Shown: one piece after another, positions 1-9,291 of the stretch
How positions within the stretch are numbered: position 1 is the first letter of the stretch
Layout of the letters: each line of letters opens with the position of its first letter
From: an uncultured Candidatus Rokubacteria bacterium
Lineage (GTDB): Bacteria; Methylomirabilota; Methylomirabilia; Rokubacteriales; CSP1-6
Length of the DNA: 49,974 nucleotides
Direction: 5' to 3'
Assembly: GCA_963754315.1 (NCBI GenBank)
Contig: CAVWFS010000012.1
Location: 1-49,974 of the forward strand
Notes under the pieces: generated by a model
Told to the model about the DNA's origin: nothing
The model's input: the letters and a program-made list of their open reading frames with translations, nothing else
Database searches by the model: none
Position numbers and translations under genes: made by a program

Positions 1-147
1 GATCGCCATGACGTCCATCAGCTCCGCCGCCGTCCACACCCGTCCCCGGCTCACACCCCCGGGGGGGGGGGGGGACAGAGTCTCCGCGTGCCACGCAACC
101 CGGACCTCCAGCAGTTGTCCCTCCGTGGCGAACCGATCCAGCGGCAT
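1..147 (-). CDS. Partial hypothetical protein running off the window (MPLDRFATEGQLLEVRVAW...GVSRGRVWTAAELMDVMAI)
   Basis: ATG at 147; coding-like sequence interrupted by a C5/G14 homopolymer at 56-74. Confidence 0.4.
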   Translation of the reverse strand, partial: MPLDRFATEGQLLEVRVAWHAETLSPPPPGGVSRGRVWTAAELMDVMAI

Positions 148-337
148 TACCCCACGTGAGACTTCCTAACTCTCGAATCCCGGACTGATTCGACCCCCGT
201 CCCTCATCGGCCAGACACACGAGGGGCGCCTCGATCCTAGATTGATACTCCCCAACACGTGGACAGGTACGCCTTGACGCCGGGGCGATCCCACCGGGTA
301 TTGAGGGCTCGACCCGCCAAAGGAAGCGGCTGGTCAG

Positions 338-1889
338 TTACGGCGTGCCTTTCGCCTTCCGGTAGAGCAGTCGCACGAGCGCTGTACCTCGCTGCCGTGA
401 ATCGCGTGGATCCGGATGGTGAGAATCTGCCCGTCGACGGGCGCGCGAACTTCGGAGAGTTGCCGGGCACTCTCGTCCATGCGTGCCAGCTCACGCCTGG
501 CCTGCTCGAGGCCTCATGAGCACGGAGGAGAGCCGCCTCTTCCGGCTCGACAGTACGGGAGGCTGCGACTGCCCGGACCACGAGGGCCCGCGCCAGGCGC
601 AGCTTCGCCTCCTGCAGCCGAAACGCCGGCCTCTCGCTCCTCGAGCTGGGCCTCGGCATGTTTGCGGCGACGCTCCAACTCAGGGTCCTTGTAGGAGAGC
701 CGGGCGAGAAGCTGGCCGCTGTGGACCCGCTCCCCTTCCCGGACGAGCAACTCGCGCGCAGGGTCGATGAGGTGAGCGACGTAGAGCTGGGTGATGTCGT
801 CGAAATCGCAGGGTGGCGGTGGCATGGGCGGCAGCGATGACGCCGGTGCGTCACCCGGCAGGATGGTCTGGATAAGCACCTGGCCCGTCACGACGAATAT
901 AGAGGCGACCCCGGGAGTCTCAAGCGCGCGCGGACGCGCGTACCGCAGCTCGAGCTCGTGCATGCCGAGCTCGAGCGCCGCATACTGTTCAGGCTCCGGT
1001 TTGATGACCGGCGTGTCGGGAGTCCGAACCTTACCGAGCAGGAAGCTCTCGCCTGTGGTCGGGATCTTCCCCAACAGGTCGCCGAGAAGCTCCTGGCTGA
1101 GGTCGACCGTGCGGGTCTGGACCGTGATCGCCCGTCCAGGCTCTGCCCGGATGCCGTAAGGAAAGATGCTCGCTGACTCCCCTGTCCCAACGGTGTGCAT
1201 CGTGCCCGCACCTGGATCATCCACCACGAGCGTGTGGGCATTGGCCACACCGAGGATGCGGTACCGCTGGCGGACCCTCCGCTGAGAGAGCCGGAAGATC
1301 CCGTCCACCTCCGCCCAGACCTCGTACTTGCCCTCCCAGATCCGGTAGTCGGCGATGGCCCCTGCCGTCGTCCTGGTGAGCGCGTGGAGCGCGCGCGCGA
1401 AACCCAGCCAGTGGAGCGGCAAGAGGATAGCGATGAGCGCAAGGAGGAAAAGGACCAGAAGCGCCTCGGCCTTCGATCCAACGGCGATGCGCACGCCCTC
1501 CCCCCGAGGCAGGACAGCACGCAGGGGGCTGGGAAAGAATAGGGGCACCCCGGACTTGTTCGAGGCGTCAACCAGCAGGTGGCTGAGGTAGCCCAGGGCG
1601 AAGGCGGCGGGCCATGTCGGGTCCACGAGCGCAAGCGGCAGCGTTGGGAGGGTGGTGAGCATCAGCGCGAGGAGCGAGTGGGTCAGTGTCCGGTGGCCGA
1701 AGCGCCGTTCGAGGAGCCGGGAGAGCGGCGGGCAGAGCTTGCCGACTAGCGATGTCGTCGTGTCGACGTCGGGCAGCAGGGCTCCGGCCGTGGTGAGAGT
1801 GGCCACGCCGGGGTGAGCCGGATGCCGAGCACCGTCCCGACACTGACCGTGAAGACGAGTCCAAAGGCGACGTGGGTCGGTGCCTGCAT
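338..1889 (-). CDS. YdjM-like membrane metal-dependent hydrolase fused to a C-terminal HlyD/MFP-like lipoyl-hairpin domain (frameshifted)
   Basis: Reconstructed N-terminus MQAPTHVAFG...LLPDVD...GHRTLTHS...GYLSHLLVD...GVPLFFP (YdjM motifs). C-terminus LLVREGERVHSGQLLARL, coiled coil, EVRAPVDGQI (MFP barrel-sandwich halves). Spans ORFs 514..1806 and 237..854. Confidence 0.8.
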
Positions 1890-1892
1890 GGA

Positions 1893-2567
1893 TCAGGGCA
1901 AGGCAGTCCCACGACGCGGCGAAGGTTCAGCCCGGCGAGGTGGGCCTCATGCTGGGCAGCCTGGAGATCGAGCTGGGCGCGAGCAAACGCGGCCTCGGCC
2001 TGGAGCAGCGTCGGCAGATCGTCGGAGCCATGGTTGAAGCGGATGCTGTGTAAGGCGTGGAGCTTCAGGGCGTGCGCCAAGACCTTCTCGCGGACGGCTA
2101 CCGCCGCCCGCGTGGCGTCACGGTAAAAGACCGCCTTCGTCACCTCGGCGATGACCTCGTTCGGGCCGCCTCGAGCGCTTGCTCGCTCTGGGTGAGACCG
2201 AGCCTGCCCGCTCCGCTTCCTGCGCCCCCTTGCCGAGCAGCTTCGAGAGGTCGAGGGACAGCGCGACGGCGGCGCGCTGCTGCTGCGCCAGGAGGTCGTA
2301 GCCCTGGTGAGCCGTCACGCTCGGGATGAGCCACGTCCACCAGGCCGTTGACCGGACCTCCAGCCGGGCAAGCAACACCTTCACCCGCGCCTCTTTGAGC
2401 TTAGGCGAGTGCTCCAATGCGAGCTGGACGACCGCGTCGAGGGAGAGCTGTCCTAGATCTGGCTGAGCAGACGGATCCGGGGCACCGGCCTGGCTGGGAC
2501 CGCGGGAACGAGGATTCCCGTCGCGGGTTCGATCACGATGACCAACGAGGCAACCGGTCAGAATCAC
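1893..2567 (-). CDS. Half-length TolC/outer-membrane efflux protein-like (single OEP repeat), frameshifted
   Basis: LSLDAVVQLALEHSPKLKEAR...IPSVTAHQGY...AVALSLDL...RFNHGSDDLPTLLQAEAAFARAQLDL...LRRVVGLP across ORFs 2118..2567, 2140..2340 and 1568..2143; about 220 aa. Confidence 0.7.
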
Positions 2568-2665
2568 ACTGAGACGGCGTGGCGTCGGCCGGGGTCACCC
2601 GCGGCCCAAGGCGGGAGTGTGTGGGTTTCCCTCTGGGGAGGGTCAGCCGAAAATTTCCCACGCGG

Positions 2666-3840
2666 TCAGTCGCGGGTCCGGGAGTGCCACAGGAAGTAGC
2701 GGGCGACGAGGAACAGGGCGCCGAGGCTTCCGGCGATGATGTAGAGGTCGGGGTCGTCCAGACCGAGGGCCACGAACCTGGCGACCGAGAAGGCAGCCCC
2801 GAGGAGGAGTAGCCACGGTGTCAGGTCGAGGTAGCGGACGCCGGCCGCGTGCCAGAGATCGCGGATGGCCTGGACGCCAAGCCGGGTCCCCCCGCTCGCC
2901 TGGCGCGCCATCTCGACGATCGCGTGCGGGTTTCCCGCCGCCTGTGCCAGCACCTTGGTCTCGAACATCTCAGGGTCGCCGATCGTCGCGGCGTCGGTGA
3001 GCCGCCACAGCAAGCCCGCGCGTCCTCCCGGCCGAGGGGCGGGACATCGAGCCGGTCGAACGACCACCAGAACTTCTCCAGCCCGGGCTTCAGCCGGGCG
3101 GTCGCGCCGAGAATCGTGGCCTCCGCCAGGAGCCGCTCCAGTGAGGGCGCCATCGACGGCGTGATCCCTTCGAGCTGGTCCAGGGCCAGCACGAGACCCC
3201 GGCCGTGGAGGCTCGCCACGATGACGTCCGTCAGCTCGCGGATGTTCAGCCGCCCCAGCTTCTTGGAACAGTCGGACCAGGCAGGCGCAGGTGGGTCGAG
3301 ATCGCGAACGCGAGGTGCCCAGCTCGGTGCAGGTCGCGGCAGAGGGCCAGGAGGCTCGGGCGGAGCGGGCGGGTATGCTCGATGTAAGCGTGGTGGGGAT
3401 CTCGGCGGCGATGCTGCGGAGCAGGAAACTCTTGCCGATCCCGATCGGTCCGACCAGGAGGGTGTGGCGCCCCGTCGCGATGTTCTCGCGCAGCGCGTCA
3501 GCTCCGCGTCACGTCCAATGACCGGCGCCGACGTCGAGGCAGTCCCGCTGGTGTCCGCTGACCCTGAGCCGCCAGGCTCTCCGGAGGTCGCAGTCTCAGC
3601 GGCCGTCGTCACACCGACAGACCTCGTCTCAGTGGGACCGGCTGGATGCTCCGGCTCCGGGCCGCTTCTGGGGCGCGGCACGCGCAGGCACGCCCAGGTG
3701 AGCGAGTCGAGGCTCTCGGGTGACAGAGAGAAAACCAATTCGTCGGATCCGTGCACCAGGGTCAGGACCATGCTGCCTTGCGTTGCTTCGCGGACCGCCG
3801 CGTTGAGCTGCCCGGGTCGCCAATCAAAGCGGCCGATCAT
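2666..3840 (-). CDS. AAA+/P-loop ATPase with two C-terminal transmembrane helices (frameshifted)
   Basis: VIGRDAEL, Walker A GPIGIGKS (alternate frame near 3430-3460), Walker B LVLALDQLE, AAGNP motif, hydrophobic C-terminal helices in ORF 2666..3067. Confidence 0.75.
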
Positions 3841-4128
3841 CGAGACTTCGCGGCCTCCCGGACACGATCCAGCTCTCCTCGCTGCAGGGCCGTGAGGCTT
3901 GCCTCAAGGGCGCTGATCTCACTCTGGCACGCCTCTGCCCGGCGGCGAGGAGATCGGCGCGCGCCTGAGTCCGGCCTCGGCGAGCCTCGAACTGGGTCGC
4001 CTTCGAAATCAGCCTGACGATGCGGCGGACGGATCGCGAGCGCGCGTGCTGGCTCCCTGCCCCCCGCCGATTAGTGAATGACGTCACGCCTTGGCTCCGC
4101 GCCGGCAGGTCCGGATCGTGTTCGTCAT
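3837..4128 (-). CDS. Small hypothetical protein (frameshifted)
   Basis: Fills the gap between neighbouring genes with ATGA-type overlaps at both ends; reading frame uncertain. Confidence 0.3.
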
Positions 4129-4502
4129 AGTCGGAAAGTATCGACAGTGACGGCGTCTGAAGCCAGGAGACCCTCGCGGATCTCGAAGCTCGCGTCGCCG
4201 ATGCGCTTGGTGATCGTGCTTAGCGCCTCGTCAGTCTTCCGGCGAAGCCAGGGTGGCGGCCGGAGGCCATCCCCAGTGACCTCCGCCAGCGCGCGCCCGA
4301 CCCAGTAGCGCCACTCGATGAGCCGACCGTTCTCGAGGGCGGTGGCCGTCACCAGCACCCGGCTCGTGAGGCGAGGGAGGCCGGGGTCCTGGCGATACCA
4401 CTCAGGCGTGGTCACCGGTGCGACCCAGACGATCGCAACCTTCTCCTCGCGGAATTCGGTCAGCAGGGTGTCCAGCGAGAGCATGATGAGCTTTTTTGCC
4501 AT
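4125..4502 (-). CDS. Hypothetical protein (MAKKLIMLSLDTLL...)
   Basis: ORF 4125..4574; better start at ATG 4502 preceded by a GAGGAAGAGG RBS; globular-looking composition. Confidence 0.7.
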   Translation of the reverse strand: MAKKLIMLSLDTLLTEFREEKVAIVWVAPVTTPEWYRQDPGLPRLTSRVLVTATALENGRLIEWRYWVGRALAEVTGDGLRPPPWLRRKTDEALSTITKRIGDASFEIREGLLASDAVTVDTFRL

Positions 4503-4621
4503 ACGGTCCTCTTCCTCAACCTCCGTTTCCGGGGGAGCTGTGCCGCCGTGCGCTTGGCGCCTGGCAGCGTCCATGACTCACCGTTGTCGATCCCGGATGC
4601 CGTCAGAAGTCGTCGGGAAGG

Positions 4622-4637
4622 GCAAGGCAGATGCCAA
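4622..4637 (-). promoter_or_regulatory. Sigma54 (-24/-12) promoter P2
   Basis: Minus strand TTGGCATCTGCCTTGC matches TGGCAC-N5-TTGC with exact GG-N10-GC spacing; conserved in the second copy at 8783. Confidence 0.8.
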
Positions 4638-4728
4638 GCTCTTGCAAATCGCAGAGAGCCACAAAAATCGGGGAGTTCCGGGCGGTGCGATGCCTGATGG
4701 ACGGTGCGCGAACGCGAACCACACCGCC

Positions 4729-4767
4729 GAGTTGCGGTGGTGTTGCGGTGGTGTTGCGATGGCTCGT
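4729..4767. repeat. Triple GTTGCG direct repeat with 11-bp period (putative enhancer/UAS)
   Basis: GTTGCG at 4731, 4742 and 4753; 39-bp block differs by one base from 8890-8928. Confidence 0.75.
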
Positions 4768-4770
4768 CGC

Positions 4771-5538
4771 TCATGAATCGCGCGGACAGGCCTCGGTCTC
4801 GTGCGCACTGCGACACGTGGCACAGTCGTAGAGCGTCGGCCAGGTGGCGTAGGGGTTACCATCCTCCGAGCGGGCCTCGTCGGGCTCGTTGCGCCAGTGC
4901 TCGCCGTTCAGCCACGTGGCTGGGTAGGGCACGCGATCCACAGGGCGACGCGTGAGCTCGGGGAGTTGGCGCGTGAAGAGCGTCGAGGAGCGCCTCCGGA
5001 GAGGCCTTCTTGACCGCGGAGCGCCAGGCGCGTGTGGCAGCGGCTGGGGCCTTTTTCCGCGGGTACCGCGAGTAGAACTCCTGAAAACCGGGGGGACTTA
5101 TAGGGGGGTTAGTATCTCGGTCTGGGTCTCGGTCTCGGTGTGTCGTCTCACGACGCGTCGTGTGCGCGTCTTCCGACGCGTCTCCAGCGCCGCGAACCTC
5201 GCCGCCCCGAGCTTTTCGGCCCAGCGCCGCTGGCGCGCACGCTTCTCGCGGTCTCGCTCTGCGATCACCTCCGCACTGTCGTTGTGGGCGAGGTAGTCAT
5301 GGATCTGGAACCCGCCGTCCACCCGGTGCCAGTAGCCTGCGGCGATTAGCTTTGACAGGATCGCGGGCGACGCGTTACCAGGAGCCAGGTGCTTGACCAC
5401 GTACGCCGGGACGAACCCGTCGGTCCGCTCTCGCTTGGCATAGCACAGACCGGCGATATAGAGATCGCGGCCGAGCGGGCCCACGGCGATCGATTTCCGG
5501 TGGAATGGAAACTGGTCGTCCACCTTCGCCCAGGTCAT
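4771..5538 (-). CDS. Phage replication initiator / replisome organiser (frameshifted)
   Basis: N-terminus MTWAKVDDQFPFHRK...GLCYA...TDGFVP...GFQIHDYL. C-terminus in alternate frames FQEFYSRYPRKKAPAAATRAW...PYPATWLNGEHW, typical of phage Rep proteins. Confidence 0.75.
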
Positions 5539-6360
5539 CCCCGGGTCTCGTCGACCTCATCAAAGCTCACCGTCTCGCTCCGGAAGTGCAGCCGGGCCGT
5601 GCCTTGCCGGCCGTCTCTGTTCTTGGCCACGATGCACTCGGTCTCGGCCTGCATCGGCTCCCGGTGGAGCAGCAGGACCACGTCCGCGTCATGCTCGAGC
5701 TCACCCGACTCGCGCAACGAGGCCAGCGTCGGCCGCCGCTCCTTGGCCTCCTGGGGCGGCCGAGACAGCGAGGACAGACAGAGCACGGGGATTTTGGCCT
5801 GGAGGGCCATCGTCTTCAGACCCTGGCTGACCGCCTCGATTTGGAGGCGCCGTTCGCGGATGTCCCGCGGGGCCCGGACCAGCTGGAGGTAGTCGATGAT
5901 CAAAAGGCCGAGAGCGGTGCTCTCGCCCCACGTCGTGACGAGGTCGGTGATCTCCGCCAACGAGATGGCCTCGTCGCTCAGCCACACGGGAAGCATCGCG
6001 AGACGCCTGAGCGTGACCGTCACCGTGGCGCGCTCGCTGTCGCTGAGCTGAGCGGAGCGCAACATCGCCGCGGGGATCTTCGACTCCTGAGTGACCATCC
6101 GCCGGGCCAAGGCGGTGTTGACCATCTCGCGCGAGATCACCAGCACCCCGCGTCCCTGTCTGGCCGCGCGCCGGGCGATCTCCAGGCCCAGCGCCGTCTT
6201 GCCGACGCCGGGGCGAGATCCCAGGTAGATGAGCTCGCCGGGCCAGAAGCCGCCGCCCAGGAACATGTTGAGTGAGGGGAACGGCGTCGCCACCGCGGGA
6301 GCCCCTGACACCCCAGGCCGCAACGCGTCTTCAAGCTGGCTGAGCACGCGCGAGAGAGGG
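5535..6360 (-). CDS. DnaB-like SF4 helicase C-terminal domain (probably fused to the upstream Prim-Pol)
   Basis: GELIYLGSRPGVGKT (Walker A), LLIIDYLQL, LSSLSR, RPTLASLRESGELEHDADVVLLLHR, IVAKNRDG. Lacks the DnaB N-terminal domain and a clear start. Confidence 0.9.
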
Positions 6361-7132
6361 ACTGGTCCCCTGTCCGCTCCCGCCCCGGGCCTTCCCTCCG
6401 CGCGATGGACTGGACGCACTTGCGGACGTCCTCCCTCGGAAATGGTGGCGTGCAGTTCCGCGCGAAGCTTTCGGCCAGCAGGACTTCGACGGTAGCCGCG
6501 TCAAGACCGCGACCAAGAAGGTAGCCGGCGAGCTTCGTGCAAGTCGCGTCGCGCTGGCCCTCGGGCGCTCCTGCGAGCGCCTCGGCGATCCAGCCGCGAC
6601 CCGAAGCCGCCCGAGGGGCTTCACGGCCATTCTGGATGAGAGCCAGCAGCTCCGGAGGAGCTGGGGGTAGCGGGAGCCTCAGCGGGATGTACCACTCGTA
6701 GCGGGCACCGCTCGGATGGATCGACGGCGGCGCCACCACGATGCCGACCCCGCGGATGTCGACGGCCGGCTTGCCACCCCGAGCCGCGAGCAGGCCGACG
6801 CGGTCCGGCACCGGCCCCGGCGTCGACAGAAAGACGTGGTAGCCACTTGCCGTCTTGCTCCGGGGGGCGCCGGGCAAATAGACACCGGCATCGGCCAAGA
6901 GCCGCTCGGCATCCGGCCCCCCGTCGAGGTCGACGGCCAAGGTCCCGCGGCCGAGCACGAGGGCGACGTTGGCGTCAGGCCACTTCTCCCACCACGCGTC
7001 GACCTGGTCGGCGTGTGGAGGATTCGCTTGGAACTCCCGCCACTCGACCAGCGGGCGCTTCGATCGCGGGGCGCACGGGATTGGGTGCAGCCCCATGGCG
7101 AGGTACTCCCGCGCAGCCTCGTAGCAGGTCAC
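6345..7132 (-). CDS. Bifunctional DNA primase/polymerase (AEP Prim-Pol) with PriCT-1 domain
   Basis: GTG 7132 overlaps the upstream stop; SKRPLVEW, WPDANVALVLG, LAVDLD, TASGYHVF, VDIRGVGIVVAPPSIHPSGARYEW; EGQRD...LAGYL...CTPP (PriCT-1). Confidence 0.9.
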
Positions 7133-7623
7133 GCCGAGCGATCGCCCTGAAGCTGGGGGTGGTCTTTCTCGATGCGTTCGACGACGTCCCTCCACGAGGC
7201 TGCTCCGCGCCGCATATCTCTCGTGCGCCGGAGAGCGGCCACACTCGCCTCCTGGCAGCGGGCGCAGAAGGGAATGAGCGGGCCTTCCCCACCCCCCTCG
7301 ACGTACGGGACCACGTGCTGGGCCGTTCGTCCGATCCCAAGGGCCACGGCCTCATCAAACGTGATCCCGCAGAACGAGCAGGTATCACCGTTCGCGTGCC
7401 AGACCTCTTCGCTGGCCTTCGCGCCGAGGTGGGGCCGGCGATCTCGCACGCTGGTCTGCCCAAGCCACTGGAGACCTTCGACCGGCGACACGCTACCGCA
7501 CGCCGGACAGTGTGGGCGGATCCCGCCATTGTTCGGGTGACGCGGTGACTCTACCAACCCGACGTGCCGGCAGTGACGGCAGGCAAGCATGGTGGCGCGG
7601 TCACGGAATTCTCCGAGGGTCAT
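7129..7623 (-). CDS. Zinc-ribbon plus degenerate HNH-like protein
   Basis: CRHC/CPAC zinc ribbon, then CSFCG...QHVVPYVEGG...LIPFCARCQ resembling the HNH beta-beta-alpha fold without the Asn and last His. Confidence 0.6.
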   Translation of the reverse strand: MTLGEFRDRATMLACRHCRHVGLVESPRHPNNGGIRPHCPACGSVSPVEGLQWLGQTSVRDRRPHLGAKASEEVWHANGDTCSFCGITFDEAVALGIGRTAQHVVPYVEGGGEGPLIPFCARCQEASVAALRRTRDMRRGAASWRDVVERIEKDHPQLQGDRSA

Positions 7624-7721
7624 CGCGCCGACCCGTCCGTCATCGCGAGGCTAGGCCAAGTGCGAGTGACGGCACCGCCCTTCCTGCCGCGTACGGGCTG
7701 GCACCACGTCGTGCGCGCGTC

Positions 7722-8056
7722 TCATGGCGAGGGCGGCGGCGTGGACCGCTGGCCGTTCATCTCGCGGAAGGCATGCTCAGTCATCACCACAAGCACTGGC
7801 GTCTGCCGCCCAGCGCCGGCCCGTCGTTTCACGACCACCATGCCGACCTTTCTGGCGCTGCGCGCCCTGGCGCGCCGACTCGAGGGCAAGGCGATTCCAG
7901 CTCCGCCAGGCTCAGGCGCTGGATCTCCTTGGCCTGGACGACGGCCCAGGAGGACTCAGCGTCCACAGCCTGACCGCTGTTCGCCCAGTGGCGGACGCCT
8001 CGAATCAGGACGGCCGCCCGGCGCTCGTGCTTCTTCCAGGAGGGCTCGCCGGCCAC
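7722..8056 (-). CDS. PD-(D/E)XK nuclease, Hjc/Holliday-junction resolvase-like (frameshifted)
   Basis: WKKHERRAA...SGQAVDAESSWAVVQAKE, continuing in another frame as KVGMVVVKRRAGAGRQTPVLVVM. Confidence 0.55.
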
Positions 8057-8061
8057 GCGCT

Positions 8062-8308
8062 CACCGGCCCTGCTGCGCGATGGTCTGGGCGAGGCTCGCG
8101 ATCTTCTCCGTCAGCCTCTCCCGCTCCGCCTTCTGCTCGGCCCTGACGGCCGTGTGCGTGCACCTTAAGCTCGTTGAGCTCGCGGATCATCCTCGCGAGC
8201 GTCCTCCCGGCTGTCCGGAGCTCCTCGTCGGACATCGGCACGAGCGGAGGCTGTCGCTCGTCTTTGGTCGACCTGGTCGACCTCGCTCCTCGCGATCTCC
8301 GCCATCAT
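8062..8308 (-). CDS. Small coiled-coil hypothetical protein (frameshifted)
   Basis: PMSDEELRTAGRTLARMIRELNEL...AEQKAERERLTEKIASLAQTIAQQGR; ATGA overlap with the upstream gene. Confidence 0.5.
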
Positions 8309-8673
8309 GTCTTCCTGAGTTCCTTTGCCTTCGGGCACGTGGTCGTGTCGGGATCGCCGAGCGGTGGCCCATCAGCGTGGGCGAGGCAGGATGGCGCCCA
8401 CTCCTGCGTCGTCTTCAGACCGTCCCAGCGGACGTGAGCCGCGCCCGTGTGCTTCCCGATGCGGTCGACGGTGCCGAGACGTGCCGTGGCCCGTTGTGAC
8501 GACGCCAGGCGTCGTCCCTGCTCATTCAGGCGCACCCGATGGCCGGGCTTGAAGACGCGCACGAGGGCTTCGGCCTCTGCCCGCTTCGGGTCAAGCAGAT
8601 GCTCGGTGGCCAGATGGTTGAGCAGGGCGCGCGGGTCAGGGACGTCTTTAGGACAGCGGGCGCACGTCAGCAT
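8305..8673 (-). CDS. Hypothetical protein with C2H2-like zinc finger and SH3-like domain
   Basis: CARC-x11-HLATEH followed by FKPGHRVRL...LGTV...AHVRWDG (KOW/SH3-like). Confidence 0.6.
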   Translation of the reverse strand: MLTCARCPKDVPDPRALLNHLATEHLLDPKRAEAEALVRVFKPGHRVRLNEQGRRLASSQRATARLGTVDRIGKHTGAAHVRWDGLKTTQEWAPSCLAHADGPPLGDPDTTTCPKAKELRKT

Positions 8674-8782
8674 CGCGGGATGAGCAGCGTGTAGGACACG
8701 CCGGAATTCGGCCCGTCACTTACGGGAGTCGGCCAGCGCCCATGACTCACTTCGTCGATTCCAAACACCGCTATCGGTGTCG

Positions 8783-8798
8783 GCAAGGCGAATGCCAA
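8783..8798 (-). promoter_or_regulatory. Sigma54 (-24/-12) promoter P1
   Basis: Minus strand TTGGCATTCGCCTTGC; same context as 4622-4637. Confidence 0.8.
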
Positions 8799-8889
8799 GA
8801 ATTCGGGATGAGCGGGGAGCCAGGAAAATCGGTGGGTTGCCGGCTTTGAGTGGCCTGATTGGCGGCGGGCGGGCGCGACCCACGCCGCA

Positions 8890-8928
8890 GAGTTGCGGTG
8901 GTGTTGCGCTGGTGTTGCGATGGCTCGT
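8890..8928. repeat. Triple GTTGCG direct repeat with 11-bp period (putative enhancer/UAS), second copy
   Basis: GTTGCG at 8892, 8903 and 8914; first repeat 94 bp from the -24 box edge, as in copy 1. Confidence 0.75.
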
Positions 8929-9169
8929 TGCCGCCGGTGAGGGAAGCGGGAGAGCCTGCGTGAGGAGCCGCGCGACCATTGCGCGTGTGTGGCGACCTCA
9001 GTGATACAGGCTCAAAGGCAGATGGAAGACGCGGAGGAGACCGTGCTCTACACCGTCACCTTCAGGCTAACCCAAAGGTTGGGTGTCGGCGTCATCGAGT
9101 CAAACAGCGGCTCGGCCGACCCCCGGGCATTCTAACCCCAGGAGCACGGCGGTCTGCGCGCGCTGATCG

Positions 9170-9236
9170 TGTGCCCGCTGCTGTGCCCGCGAGGTCGAAT
9201 ACCACCCCTCACAACACCTCACGAGCCAGCACGAGG
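9170..9236. promoter_or_regulatory. Putative integrase arm-type sites and phased accessory-protein (Xis-like) sites
   Basis: TGTGCCCGC x2 (9170-9178, 9182-9190), then CAC-containing units at about 10-bp period (9201-9236), roughly 100 bp from the tRNA junction. Confidence 0.5.
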
Positions 9237-9241
9237 CAAAG

Positions 9242-9278
9242 AAAAACCCCTCGGAAACTCAGCGAATCTCCGAGGGGT
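9242..9278 (-). terminator. Rho-independent terminator after the tRNA-Arg fragment
   Basis: Minus strand ACCCCTCGGA...TCCGAGGGGT stem followed by a T-run. Confidence 0.75.
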
Positions 9279-9291
9279 ATCCTCTACCCAG

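Noticed and set aside
56..74. C5+G14 homopolymer as a phase-variation tract or G-quadruplex
   Set aside because: It lies in an indel-rich region and looks like a low-quality basecalling or consensus artefact; it cannot be supported without reads.
6340..6400. Programmed ribosomal frameshift between primase and helicase
   Set aside because: No clear slippery heptamer, and neighbouring genes carry many similar indels, so sequencing error is more parsimonious.
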